Notes under the pieces: generated by a model | What the model saw: only the letters and a program-made list of their open reading frames with translations | Database searches by the model: none | What the model was told of the DNA's origin: nothing | Part shown: one piece after another, positions 24,008 to 34,816 of the stretch | Layout: every line of letters begins with the position of its first letter | Position numbering within the stretch: the stretch's first letter is position 1 | Translations under genes and position numbers: made by a program | Assembly: GCF_011386835.1 (NCBI RefSeq) | Contig: NC_088792.1 | Coordinates: forward strand, 20,150,001-20,214,000 | Source of the DNA: Chrysemys picta bellii | Taxonomy: Eukaryota | Direction: 5' to 3' | DNA length: 64,000 nucleotides

Positions 24008-24480
24008 CTTTTATCATTTTTTTTTAAGATTACATTAATAAAAACATTAAAAAGGATAAAGTGGGAAGCATAAAGCAGTTATCAAACTATTGCATCCCAG
24101 AGGCTGCATTAGCTGCTATGGAGTTCTATAGCGATGCTCTGTTGATTGCTAGTGGTGGTGGTACTAAGGAAGGCAGACTCTGTGACACCCCAGCAAATCC
24201 TCCTCATATCATGCTTACTTGGACGATGTTCAGGCAAAACTATCTGGGCCTGAGGGAAGATATGAAAGTTTCATTCCAAACCAATTGAACACCCCAATAT
24301 TCACTTCCTATAGGGCACATATATGAATCTTATAAACGTTAAATTGGTACATCTATGAAGTGCACACACTTTAAAAAACACCTATTTATTTTATGTAGGA
24401 AGTTTCAATATGTTTACAAATCTATGCCATGTAAATATCAAAGACAAAACAACTGTAACAACAGGGAGCTTTTGTTTAGA

Positions 24481-27400
24481 TAAGTAACCTCCATTTATAC
24501 TGTATAATGTTTATCTGTAACTGGAGGTTCTTCTAGAAGTGTGGTCCCTATCTGTATTCCACACATGGGTATGCATACACACCATGCGCCTGAGTCTGGA
24601 GATTTTCACTAAGCAGAGTACATTGTTCTGCACATGCACAGTTCTCCTCATGCTCTGAACCTAGGGTATATATGGGAGGCGGTGCAGACTGGCGCCTCTC
24701 CAGTTCCTTCTCCTACCACAAATCCAGTTATGATCTACAGCAGAGGGGATGGAGGAGAGGTAGTGGAATACAGCTAGGAACCGCACATCTCAAAGAGACT
24801 TTAGTTACAGGAAAGTACGCTCCTTTTCTTCTTCCAGTGATAGTTCCTATGTGTATTCCACATGTGGGAGATTAGCAAGCAGTAGTCAAACAGAAGATGG
24901 GTGCAAGGATGCAGAAATGATGGCTGACTGTAATACTTCTGTCCTCATAGTTGCATCTGTAGTAGAAGACTGGACCAAAGCGTAATGTTTTGTGAAGGTG
25001 TGAAAGGCACTCCAGATAGCTGCCCTATATCTCTCTGGTAGAAATGCAGTAGTCTAGTCTCACGTACATGCAGTAGAGGTTGCTTGTACTCTGGGGGAAT
25101 GGGCCCTCACCCTCTCTGGGGCAGGGATGTGAGCTAGCTGGTAACAAAGGATAATGCAATCAGAGATCCATTTAGAAAGTCTCTGTGCAGATGTAGCTTG
25201 ACCACTCAATCTCTCTGCTATAGTAAACAAAAAGTCTAGGTGTCTTTCTAATCACCGTTTTTCTTTGCAGATCAATGCCTGTGCTCTTAGGATGTACAGA
25301 GATTGAAGCTTTCTCTCTCCTCATCAGAGGCATGCAGTTTTGGGGAAAAGTATCCGTAAGTTGGATGATTTGATTCATGTGAAACTCTGGAATTATTTTG
25401 GTGATGCATTTTAGGTGGGGCCAAAGAGAGACCTTTTCTTTATAGAAGGCAGTATATGGTGGATCTGCCATCATTGCTCCCAGCTCGCTGACTCTCTTGG
25501 CTGATGTGATGGTGCCTAGGAAGGCAACTTTCATTGACAGATGGGACATAGAACATGTGGCTAAAGGTTCAAAAGAAGGTTTGGAGAGAGAAGAAAGAAT
25601 GAGGTTGAGGTCCCAATGAAGAACTGGCTTCACCAGCAGTGGGAAGGATCTAAGAAGTCCTTTCAGGAATTTAGTCATCATGGGAGGAGGGAAGATAATG
25701 TTAGACAATAGGACAACCACACTATCTGGATATCCTGGGACCAGATGATTGGGAGGAAAGCATTGCCCGCAGGTGGATTGCTCTTAGTTCCAGTAAATGG
25801 ATAGACACCCTGGACTCCCCCAGGGGTTCAGATGCCTTATGCAGTATGTTTGTCCATATGAGCTCCCCAAACTAAGAGCGAGGCATCAATAGCAATCGTT
25901 GCGTCAGTTGTAGGTGTGAGCAAAGGAGTCCCCACTCAAACTTTCTCCAGCTTCGTCCACCAGACGAGAAAGGCCAGAAACTTGGACGGAACAGTTATTC
26001 TGGCATTGAGATGGACTTTTTCTGGTGAGAAGATGGACTGATTTTGCAGGCAACAAAGATGAAGCCTGGCAAATGGTGTCATATGTGTGCATGAGGCCAT
26101 GTGACCAAAAAGGGAAAGGCAAGTTCTGACTGAAGTCAGAGAATGACCTGTTTTATGAGCTCTTCCATTGCATGGAATATCTTGGTAAGTAAATAGGCTC
26201 TCGCTGTAGTTATGTCCAAGGTCGCTCCCATGAAATCTATGGACCTTGTGGTGGTCAAAGTGCACTTTTCTTGGGTGACACAAATTCCCAAGGAAGATAG
26301 TAAATGGAGCAGGAATTGGGTAGCCAACTGGACTTCCTTTATGATCTGTCTGTAGCAGGGTGGTCACCCCGCTCATGACCTGAAGGGCTTAAAACAGCCC
26401 TGGGAGAGGGCTGGGGTGGGGGAAAAGCTAGGCTGATTAGGGGAAAGCAGCCACAGGTGGGGCTACGCCCCAATCAGGCCATGGCTGGCCCTATAAGAGG
26501 GCTGAGGGCCAGAGACTGGAAGACACTCTCTCTCTAGCTTTTTGAGACAGAAGGACCTGGCTGCCTGGGAGCTGAGAAGGATACCTAGGGTGGAGCAGTG
26601 CTGGGGAAGGGCAGTGGGAGATGGGGAACTCCATCCTAGAAAAACCCCAGGCTGCAGGCCTTGGTAAAGGGCCTACAAAAGGCAGCCCAGAGATAGGCAA
26701 AGGCAGCAGATCCTAACCCCCATGCTGATGACAAGTGGTTTACAGACTGCAGTCTGCCCCAGTGAGCAGGGGCTAGATGATAACTGGCAGTAGCCACTGA
26801 GGCAAGGTAGGGATAGAGGGTTGGGGGTTCCCCTGGGCGGGGAGACCCAGAGAAAGTGGGTTGCTGCTGGGGGCAGAACCCTGAAGTAGAGGGACACCCC
26901 GGGGCCAGTGGCGTGCAAGTTACCGGCCTGCAGAAGGCGCTCTGGGTTGGAAAGAGCTAATTCCTGAGATGACCAGCAGGAGGCGCTGCACCAGTGAGTC
27001 ACTGCCCCGCCACACTGTCATAAGCCAGTTGTTAAGTTACAGGAAGATGGAAAACCAACTTCTTCTTATCCAGGCTGCCACCACTGAAAAGACTTTTGCA
27101 AAGACCTGGGGTTCCGTAGCTAGGCCAAACTGGGCTCTGCATTGGTAATTGTCTTCACCAAAGAGGAACCTTCTGTGGGATGGGTAAATGTCTGTATGAA
27201 AGAATGTCTGTGTGAAAATCAAAATTCAGCATGGTCACACTGGCATCAATAATTCCCTCCATTGAAGAAGGCAAACTATTTAACAAACAGTTTGCCCTCT
27301 TACAGAGAGAGAATTATTGATGCCAGTGTGACCATGCAGAATTTTAATTTTTTGGATGAATAATATATTTAGTTGGCCTAGGTCGAGAATCAGACTCCAT

Positions 27401-28405
27401 CTCCCATTCATTTTGGGGACTAACAAGTATGGGGAGTAGAATCCTTTCCCTTGATGCTGAGAAGGAACTCTTTCTATGGCTCCCCAGTGGAGAAGGGAGT
27501 CCACTTCTTATGCAGAATTTCCTCGTGTGACTAGTCCCAGCAAAGGAGCCAGGAAGTAAGTTTGGGGATAGGGATTGATAGAAATGTGATCAGATAGCCA
27601 TAGTGAATAATTTCCAGCACCCATTTGTCTGTTGCGAAAGCCCTCCATTTGTGGGCAAATCTATGTTGCGACCCCTGAACCTCTTCAAGCTGTATCTGGA
27701 GTGTGGACACCACCCTTTGTAGGAGCTACTGATATTGCCTCTAGTCATCAGGCAGAGATGGTGAAGATGGCATAGCTGCCTCATCTGGGAAAGACAATGA
27801 AATTGCTCCCAAAACCATCAGAACTGTTGGATTCAGTTCAGCTCAGTCTTCTACATATTCCAATGGAGCCAGCTGGTGTTGGCCAAGAGATGGCAAGTAA
27901 GGTTCATGTACTGATTCTGGGTAATGCCAGTATGAAGGCTAAACCGGCTGAGGAGAACCCCATAGCACTGGGTACCACCTGTTTCTCAGAAAGGCCTATT
28001 TTGATTGCAGGATGGAACCCTGCTCTCTTTAGGCCCGTTTCTGCATGATAGGGTAGGGGCTCTTCTGAAACCTCTAACTCATCAGATGAAAATGCTGGAT
28101 CCTGAACTTCTGGCAGAACCAGTGATACGGTACCCAGGTTCAAGGGTGGGAGAGGAGAGAGACCCCATGACCACAGAAGAGGAAGCTCTTCTGCATCAAT
28201 TATGTCTGTGAATAAAGGCAAACCTCAGAGTAGTGGGGAGTGAGGATAGGGGAGAGCAAAAATGTCCTCCAGAGAGACATAGGTCTCGGACCATCTTGGG
28301 GTATGGGGAGAATCAGCTGGTGGGCCTGTCGGATCCAGTGTTTCCCTGGTCACATTGGAAGTTGGACTCAGACATGTGTGTACCTATATGTGGAATACAC
28401 CTCAC
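24481..28405 (-). mobile_element. DIRS1-like copy B, decayed, internally deleted, interrupted by a solo LTR
   Basis: Right ITR/ICR at 24513-24870; YR remnant ORF 25172..25720 (TSAKRVSELGA); RT remnants 27037-27504 (GFYSPYLLVPK...ILDL); partial left ITR 28360-28405. Confidence 0.85.
26351..27014 (+). mobile_element. Solo LTR (664 bp) inserted in DIRS copy B
   Basis: TG...CA termini; exact 5-bp TSD CTGTC (26346-50 / 27015-19); TATAAGAG near 26490 suggests plus orientation. Confidence 0.88.
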
Positions 28406-28679
28406 TGGGCTAAAACTTATGAGGGAGGTCTTCCTCTCTGAGAGGGGTGGGGCTTAGGACACACCCCTCTGCTTGGCATCTCCCATTGGCTGGCTTAGAC
28501 AGGGAGCCATTTAATGTGTTTGCTTTTCTGACTCCCATTCTGAGGAGCCTATCTCTCCCCATGCATTGTATAAGGAGCCTGAGCATCTAATTCAGGCTTT
28601 GGGAATCCCAGGTATTTTCTAGGCATGGTTAGGCATGTTGAGGCTGAACATCGCCACACCTAAATTCATTTCTGAATCT

Positions 28680-28982
28680 AGCTCCAAGTATGTAGCAAGG
28701 TTCAAAGAGGGATTGGACTTTTATATGGGTAACAAGAATATCCAGAGTTTTAACAGTTAATAAGTTTTGGAAGGGATATAAAATCTCATGCTTTAAAATT
28801 TAAAACAATGTCTGTGAAGAAGCAGGATTAAACATTCATGGGAGATAGACAACACAGAGTAGGCAGATATGGGGTAATCTTGCACCTTCCTCTGAAGCAT
28901 CTGCTGCTGCACAGAGTCAGAGACAAGATACTGCACTAGATTGACCTTGGGTCTGATTCAATATGGTAATTCATACGTTCCT
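28680..28982 (+). mobile_element. Old CR1-type 3' UTR fragment
   Basis: aggttcaaagagggattggac...cttcctctgaagcatctg...gacaagatactg...tctgattcaatatggtaattc. Confidence 0.55.
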
Positions 28983-29316
28983 CGCCTGAACTTGGTCATT
29001 TGGTTTGCTATTGGAGGTACTGAAGGTATCCTCCCCTCTTTGAAAATGAACATTAGGAAAGAAAAAATAAGACACAAGCATGAAGTACCTGAGTAATGCT
29101 AACTTGGATATAACTAGCAAATAAAACTCAATTTACCGAAAACTATACTCTCTACTGTTTTAAAACCATTCCCTACAATTTTCTCTCTTTATATCTATTA
29201 GGCCTATTCTGATAAAGGCTTGTAGCCCCAAATTAAACTTGATGTATTAGGGAAAATAATCTAAAGTTGCTAAATGTTCCAAAATATTGTGCATAAGTGA
29301 CAAATATGAAAGTCAC

Positions 29317-29419
29317 CTTGATATACTGCTGGACTTGTGTTGGCTCAAATCCTGTGAAGAGCACCATTGGGGTCAATTCTGGTGAGAGCTTTTTAGTAGG
29401 TGGTGGTATGTCCTCAATT
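29317..29419 (-). CDS. PAXIP1: PAXIP1 exon [34 protein letters not shown]
   Basis: ttttgtAG|A...AAG|GTGACT; 103 nt. Confidence 0.95.
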
Positions 29420-30149
29420 CTACAAAATAGAAAAATACAGGACATCATGATAACTGGGACCAATGTTTTTATTTTAAAACCACTGAAGCACAATCTTGCA
29501 AACTTTTACTCATGGAATTACTCGCACAAGTAATGGTTTGCAGGATTTATGGCTTTATGATAAAAGGTTTCCAACCTGAGAACAAGATGTGTTTAAGTTG
29601 GTACAAGGAACAGACTGAGCACAGTCCTGACCCAGTGGAGGTCAGACTATCTCCACAAAGGCTTCTTAAGCTGCAGTGCTTTTCCAGAAACATATCCGAT
29701 ACCCTGGCCGCTTTTCTTATTTACACTTTCACCATTATAAAGGACTGTAGACTTTACACAGTGAATACAGAATGATTCCCTAGAGAAAAATCACCAATGT
29801 CAAACCAATCATCCAGCATGATTTTAATCCTAGAGTTAATATAAATGCTTAACAGGCAACATATTGTTTGTGCCATGAATGCTAACCCTTTAGAAATCTC
29901 TGCTCAATTGCTGGGCCCAGTTTTGGAGACAAGGTGAAGAAATCTCTCACAAGATGTTGTAGTCTCTGATTCATAAAAGGCTCATAAGCTCACTTTTTAG
30001 TTTATTTAAAAAGATGCCTTTGCAATTATTATGTTTTTATGTGAATATGTTGTTTCCATTTCACTTTCTCTTGTCCATTCTCTCTTCCCCTCCCGACCTT
30101 TTCTATGTTCCATTGGCTTTTTAAATCCTTTTTTCAGTTTTGCTTTCTA

Positions 30150-31656
30150 TTTTTTATGTTTGGATGTCTTCTACATTTTCAAATATATTGATTTCAATTA
30201 CAACACAGAATACAAAGTGTACAGTGCTCACTTTATAAAAAAACAAAAGAAATAGTATTTTTCAATTCACGTAATACAAGTACTGTAGTTCAATCTCTTT
30301 ATCATGAAAGTTGAACTTACAAATGTAGAATTATGTACAAAAAGCCTGCACTCAAAAATTAAACAATGTAAAACTTTAGAGCCTACAAGTCCAATCAGTC
30401 CTACTTCTTTTTCAGCCAATTGCTCAGACAAACAAGTTTATTTACATTTGCAGAAGATAATGCTGCCTGCTTCTTCTTTACAATGTCACCTGAAAGTGAG
30501 AACAGGCATTCACATGGCACTGTTGTAGCCAGCGTCACAAGATATTTAGGTGCCAGATGCGCTAAAGATTCATATGTCCCTTCATGCTTCAACCACTCTT
30601 CCAGGAGACATGCGTCCATGCTGATGGGTTCTGCTCGATAACGATCCAAAGCAGTGTGGACCGATGCACGTTCATTTTCATCATCTGAGTCTAATGCCAC
30701 CAGCAGAAGGTGGATTTCTTTTTTGGTGGTTTGGTGTCTGTAGTTTCCGCACCAGTGTTCCTCTTTTAAGATTTTTAAAAGCATGCTCCACATCTCATCC
30801 CTCTCAGATTTTAGAAGGCACTTCAGATTTTTAAATCTTGGGTCGCATGCTATCTTTAGAAATTTCACATTGGTATCTTCTTTGTATTTTGTCAAATTTG
30901 CAGTGAAAGTGTTGTTAAAACGAACAACATGTGCTGGGTCATCATCCGAGACTGCTATAACATGAAATATATGGCAGAATGTGGGTAAAATGGAGCAGAG
31001 GACAAACAACTCTCCCCCAAGGAGTTCAGTCAGCATGGACGCATGTCCTCTGGAATGATGACCGAAGCATGAAGAGGCACATGAATCTTTAGTGCATTTG
31101 GCATATAAATATATTGCGATGCCGGCTACAACAGTGCCATGCAACAGCTGTTCATCTGTTTCAGGTGACATTGTAATTAAGAAGTGGGCAGCATTATCTC
31201 CTGTAAATGTAAACAAACTTGTTTCTCTTAGCTATTGGCTGAACAAGAAGTAAGACTGAGTGGACTTGTAGGCTCTGAAGTTTTATATTGTTCTGTTTTT
31301 GAGTGTAGTTTTGTAACAAAAAAATCTACATTTGTAAGTTGCACTTTCACGATAAAGAAATTACACTACAGTACTTGTATGAGGTGAATTGAAAAATACT
31401 ATTTCTTTTGTTTATCATTTTTACAGTGCAAATATTTGTAATAAAAATAATATAAAGTGAGCACTATACACTTTGTATTCTGTGTTGTAATTGAAATTGA
31501 TATATTTGAAAATGTAGGAAAACATCCAAAAATATTTAATAAATTTCAATTGGTATTCTATTGTTTAACAGTGCAATTACTCGCAATTAATTTTTTTTAT
31601 TGCCATTTTTTTTTTAGTTAATTGTGAGAGTTAACTGTGATTAATCGACAGCCCTA
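30150..31656. mobile_element. Palindromic hAT-transposase derivative (two inverted copies of the transposase 3' end)
   Basis: Arms ~30150-30625 and ~31030-31520 are inverted. hAT dimerization-like motif (KYL..ATTVPCECLFSLSG) occurs on both strands. TIR TAGGGCTGTCGATTAA at 31656; the left terminal ~130 bp is missing. Confidence 0.88.
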
Positions 31657-31845
31657 TTGGCAACATGTAGCCATTTTTGCCAGATACAACCATCTTAATA
31701 AGTAAGGGATTCGATGGTTCCACGCTGACAGCTAATGGACAGTTTTGTGGACATTCTCTTATGTTTTTTTTTATAACAAAGGAAACAGAACCCTGTGCAA
31801 AAGGAAGTTAATGAGCTTTTGTCACTGGTAGTCAGTTATTCTTAC

Positions 31846-31913
31846 CTTGCCCGTTTAGAAGAAGGCTGAAGACTTGATTCATTTTGCTTTGGTTTCAGGG
31901 GCAATCTCACACC
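31846..31913 (-). CDS. PAXIP1: PAXIP1 exon GVRLPLKPKQNESSLQPSSKRA(R)
   Basis: ttgcAG|GGT...AG|GTAAGA; 68 nt; phases fit both neighbours. Confidence 0.93.
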
Positions 31914-32022
31914 CTGCAATTAGACCACCATACATTTGTGTCTGAAGTAAGCACAAACTTTCTGATTAGCCATCCTAGTTTTTCTGTTTCACAATAAATC
32001 ATTTAACTACTATATTTTAAAG

Positions 32023-32347
32023 CAGCGGTTCTCAGCCAGGGCTCCGGGGACCCCTGGGAGGCCACGAGCAGGTTTCATGGGGTCTGCCAAGCAGGGCCGT
32101 CATTAGACTTGCTGGGGCCTAGGGCAGAAAGCCAAATCTGTGCAGTGCGGTGTTGAAGTCTGGGGCCCCGAGCCCTGCCACTGGGGCTGAAGCTTGAGCA
32201 AATCAGCCTTGCGGGGTCCCCTGTGGCATGGGGCCTCAGGCAATTGCCCTGCTTGCGACCCCATAGACCCAGCCCTGGTGCAGGCAGGCCGTGGAGTTTT
32301 TATAGCGTGTTGGGGGGCATCAGAAAGAGAAAGGTTGAGAACACTTA
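32023..32347. mobile_element. hAT (Charlie-type) MITE
   Basis: CAGCGGTTCTCAGCC...GGTTGAGAACACTTA; TSD TTTTAAAG/TTTTAAAA. Confidence 0.75.
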
Positions 32348-33563
32348 TTTTAAAATATATGAAGACAACTAAATCTACACGGGATGAAAAATGTGCTAGC
32401 ACAAGCTACATTTCAACTGGCACCTAGAAATTGAAGGCTGCATATCCTATTGCTGCCTACTTAGTCAATCAGTCCCTCCATAAATAGTGTGGTAAGTACC
32501 AAATAGTGCAGGCACACAAGACCATATTCCTAAGTGTCTAAACTTCAATTCAAAAACTGGATGATGGCATCAGGCTTAAGGCCAGGTGTCCGGGATACTT
32601 TAGTACTGGTTTTGTCAACTGCTGAATGCTTGAAAAAATGGAATTATTTAAAATATTTTGACAGCAAAAAAAAAGTTCAAATGAATTAGAAAGTTATTCA
32701 GCTCTTGCTTACTAAAGAGTATGGTAATAAGACTAAGATAACAAATAATCCAGAACAGAAAAGATAAGGCAAGTATTGTGTGTGCAATGTGAAATTTTAT
32801 CTAAATGCCATCTGTTGTACAACTGAACTGTATATTCATTGGTGCAAACTAGAATTATCCATAAAAGCAAGTCAAACATTGTGAAATTGTTAAAAGAATG
32901 ACCCTGACATGGATAGGGAAATCCTAGTCTAAAAATTTTCAAGATCATAAAATAGGTTAATGTTATTACACATTGACAAAAACAATTTCCTTGCTTTTGT
33001 CAGTTTACATTACAGTCTTACTACATTGTTTATCAATATAACTTTTTAAAACATAATATTCTTAAATAAGATTACAAATGCCTTTCACTTGGTACCAAGT
33101 CCCTGGTTTTGGGACTTGATATTGTGTACTCATAACAGTACTTGAAACCATATGAATGGAACAATTCTGCCTTAATTTTGCACAGTATAAATATTATGCA
33201 TTAAGGCCAAAATTTTCAAAGGTAACTAATGATTTTGGTTGTCCAGCCTGAAAAGTCTTAGAAGGGGCCTCAGTTTCAGAAAGTGCTGAATACTGATCCT
33301 CTGAAAACCAGAACCCTTTAAGAGGTTTCAAGTGGGCCCCTAAAATTGCTTGGATTTTGCAAAATGATTTCTTTTCTTTTTCTACTGACCTGAAGCATGA
33401 AAATAAATTAACGTGGAGAACAACATCAAATACAGCAAGGAGGCTTTTTTTTAAATATACGTTTATGCCCATCCTGATTTTCACCTACTCTCTCATACAT
33501 GGATACAACAAAACCCTAGCAATAACTATTTGAAAACACAACTGGAAGAATAAGACAACATAC

Positions 33564-33607
33564 CATTAGAAGCTCTGATGATACCTTCAATGGCACTCTC
33601 CAAGCAT
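33564..33607 (-). CDS. PAXIP1: PAXIP1 exon (D)AWRVPLKVSSELLM
   Basis: cttgtAG|AT...ATG|GTATGT; 44 nt. Confidence 0.94.
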
Positions 33608-33765
33608 CTACAAGAGGTGAAGAAAAAAAAAACATAGGATCATGTGAATAATTTGTTACAAAAAAGATATGACGCAGTCCAACATGACTGAGTATAATTA
33701 TAATTGTATCCAGTAGACTAATCTTTGTGGTATACAGGATATTGTGAATGGAAATTCCCACTTAC

Positions 33766-33950
33766 CCAGAAGGTTTAGAACTAGCTGCTGAGTAGGAGAA
33801 AGGGGGTCCTGAAGATTGAACACTGTATATCTGTTATGTTGAATCTGCCGTAATGCTTCAAAATTTCCAAGCAATATATCGCAAATCCACTGCGCGTTTA
33901 CACATGGTATCCTCCATTCTTTGGCTTTCTCATACTTTAACCCAGTAGGC
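33766..33950 (-). CDS. PAXIP1: PAXIP1 exon [61 protein letters not shown]
   Basis: caataAG|G...G|GTAAGT; 185 nt; overlaps ORF 33698..33985. Confidence 0.96.
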
Positions 33951-34548
33951 CTTATTGTGCAGGGGGGGAGAAAGAAAATACACACATTAATAAAAAGGTA
34001 CTTCCTTCAGTAAGTTCTAGAATACCAACATTCTCTCCTCAGCCTACCCTATGGATTTTTTTTATTGGCAGTTGCAGACAAGTAAGTGCTTTTCCTAAGA
34101 GATATTTTTGCTATACATGTGAATGGTTGGTGAGCTAGAATTTCTGCCCAGAACAGAAGATCTAAAATGCCTCTAGTTGAAGACCTTTTAACCAATCAGT
34201 ATTAATCATTTACTTATAAATGGCCTAATAACTGTATCTTCTCTTAAAGAGAAATAACATTACACTTAATAGCTCAAAAGTTAGCTTTCTAAACTCAGAA
34301 GTAAAAAATTGTAATTACTGGAATATAACAGGACTTAGTAATATAATTAATAAACCTGTACATCCATACTGCAGTTGTCTAGATCACTCCAGAAAAACAA
34401 TAATTAAAACATAAGTGCCTTTATCATAAAATAGCTATAAATGAATAACATATAGCGAGAAAGTCACTAACGTAATCAAGGATCATTTTGTAGCTAGACT
34501 GGAAATAGGTTATTGAAGATATGAATGCTGTTGAGATAAACCACTTAC

Positions 34549-34670
34549 TCTTTACAGATGAGAACTGTGTTGCTGCGACACAAATAGCCAGTGTATTTGG
34601 CCCCTGCTAGGTAAGCCATTAGTTTGAGATCATCTCGGTCACTATCAACAAATCCTGTCACTGAGATAAT
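34549..34670 (-). CDS. PAXIP1: PAXIP1 exon [40 protein letters not shown](E), BRCT4
   Basis: tacactAG|ATT...GA|GTAAGT; 122 nt. Confidence 0.96.
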
Positions 34671-34699
34671 CTAGTGTAGAAAAGAATGAGATTTACAAT

Positions 34700-34723
34700 T
34701 AATAATAATAATAATAATAATAA
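34700..34723. repeat. (AAT)n microsatellite
   Basis: Seen directly. Confidence 0.9.
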
Positions 34724-34816
34724 ACTAGGCAGTATTTACACAGATGCACACATAGGTTGTAAATAAATAGGAGATTATTCTTCTCTAGCCTGGTGAACTT
34801 GTCAATGTGTCTCAAT

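Noticed and set aside
30401-31216. Domesticated ZBED-like gene
   Set aside because: No BED finger or DDE core; the N-terminal third is the antisense arm of the foldback element.
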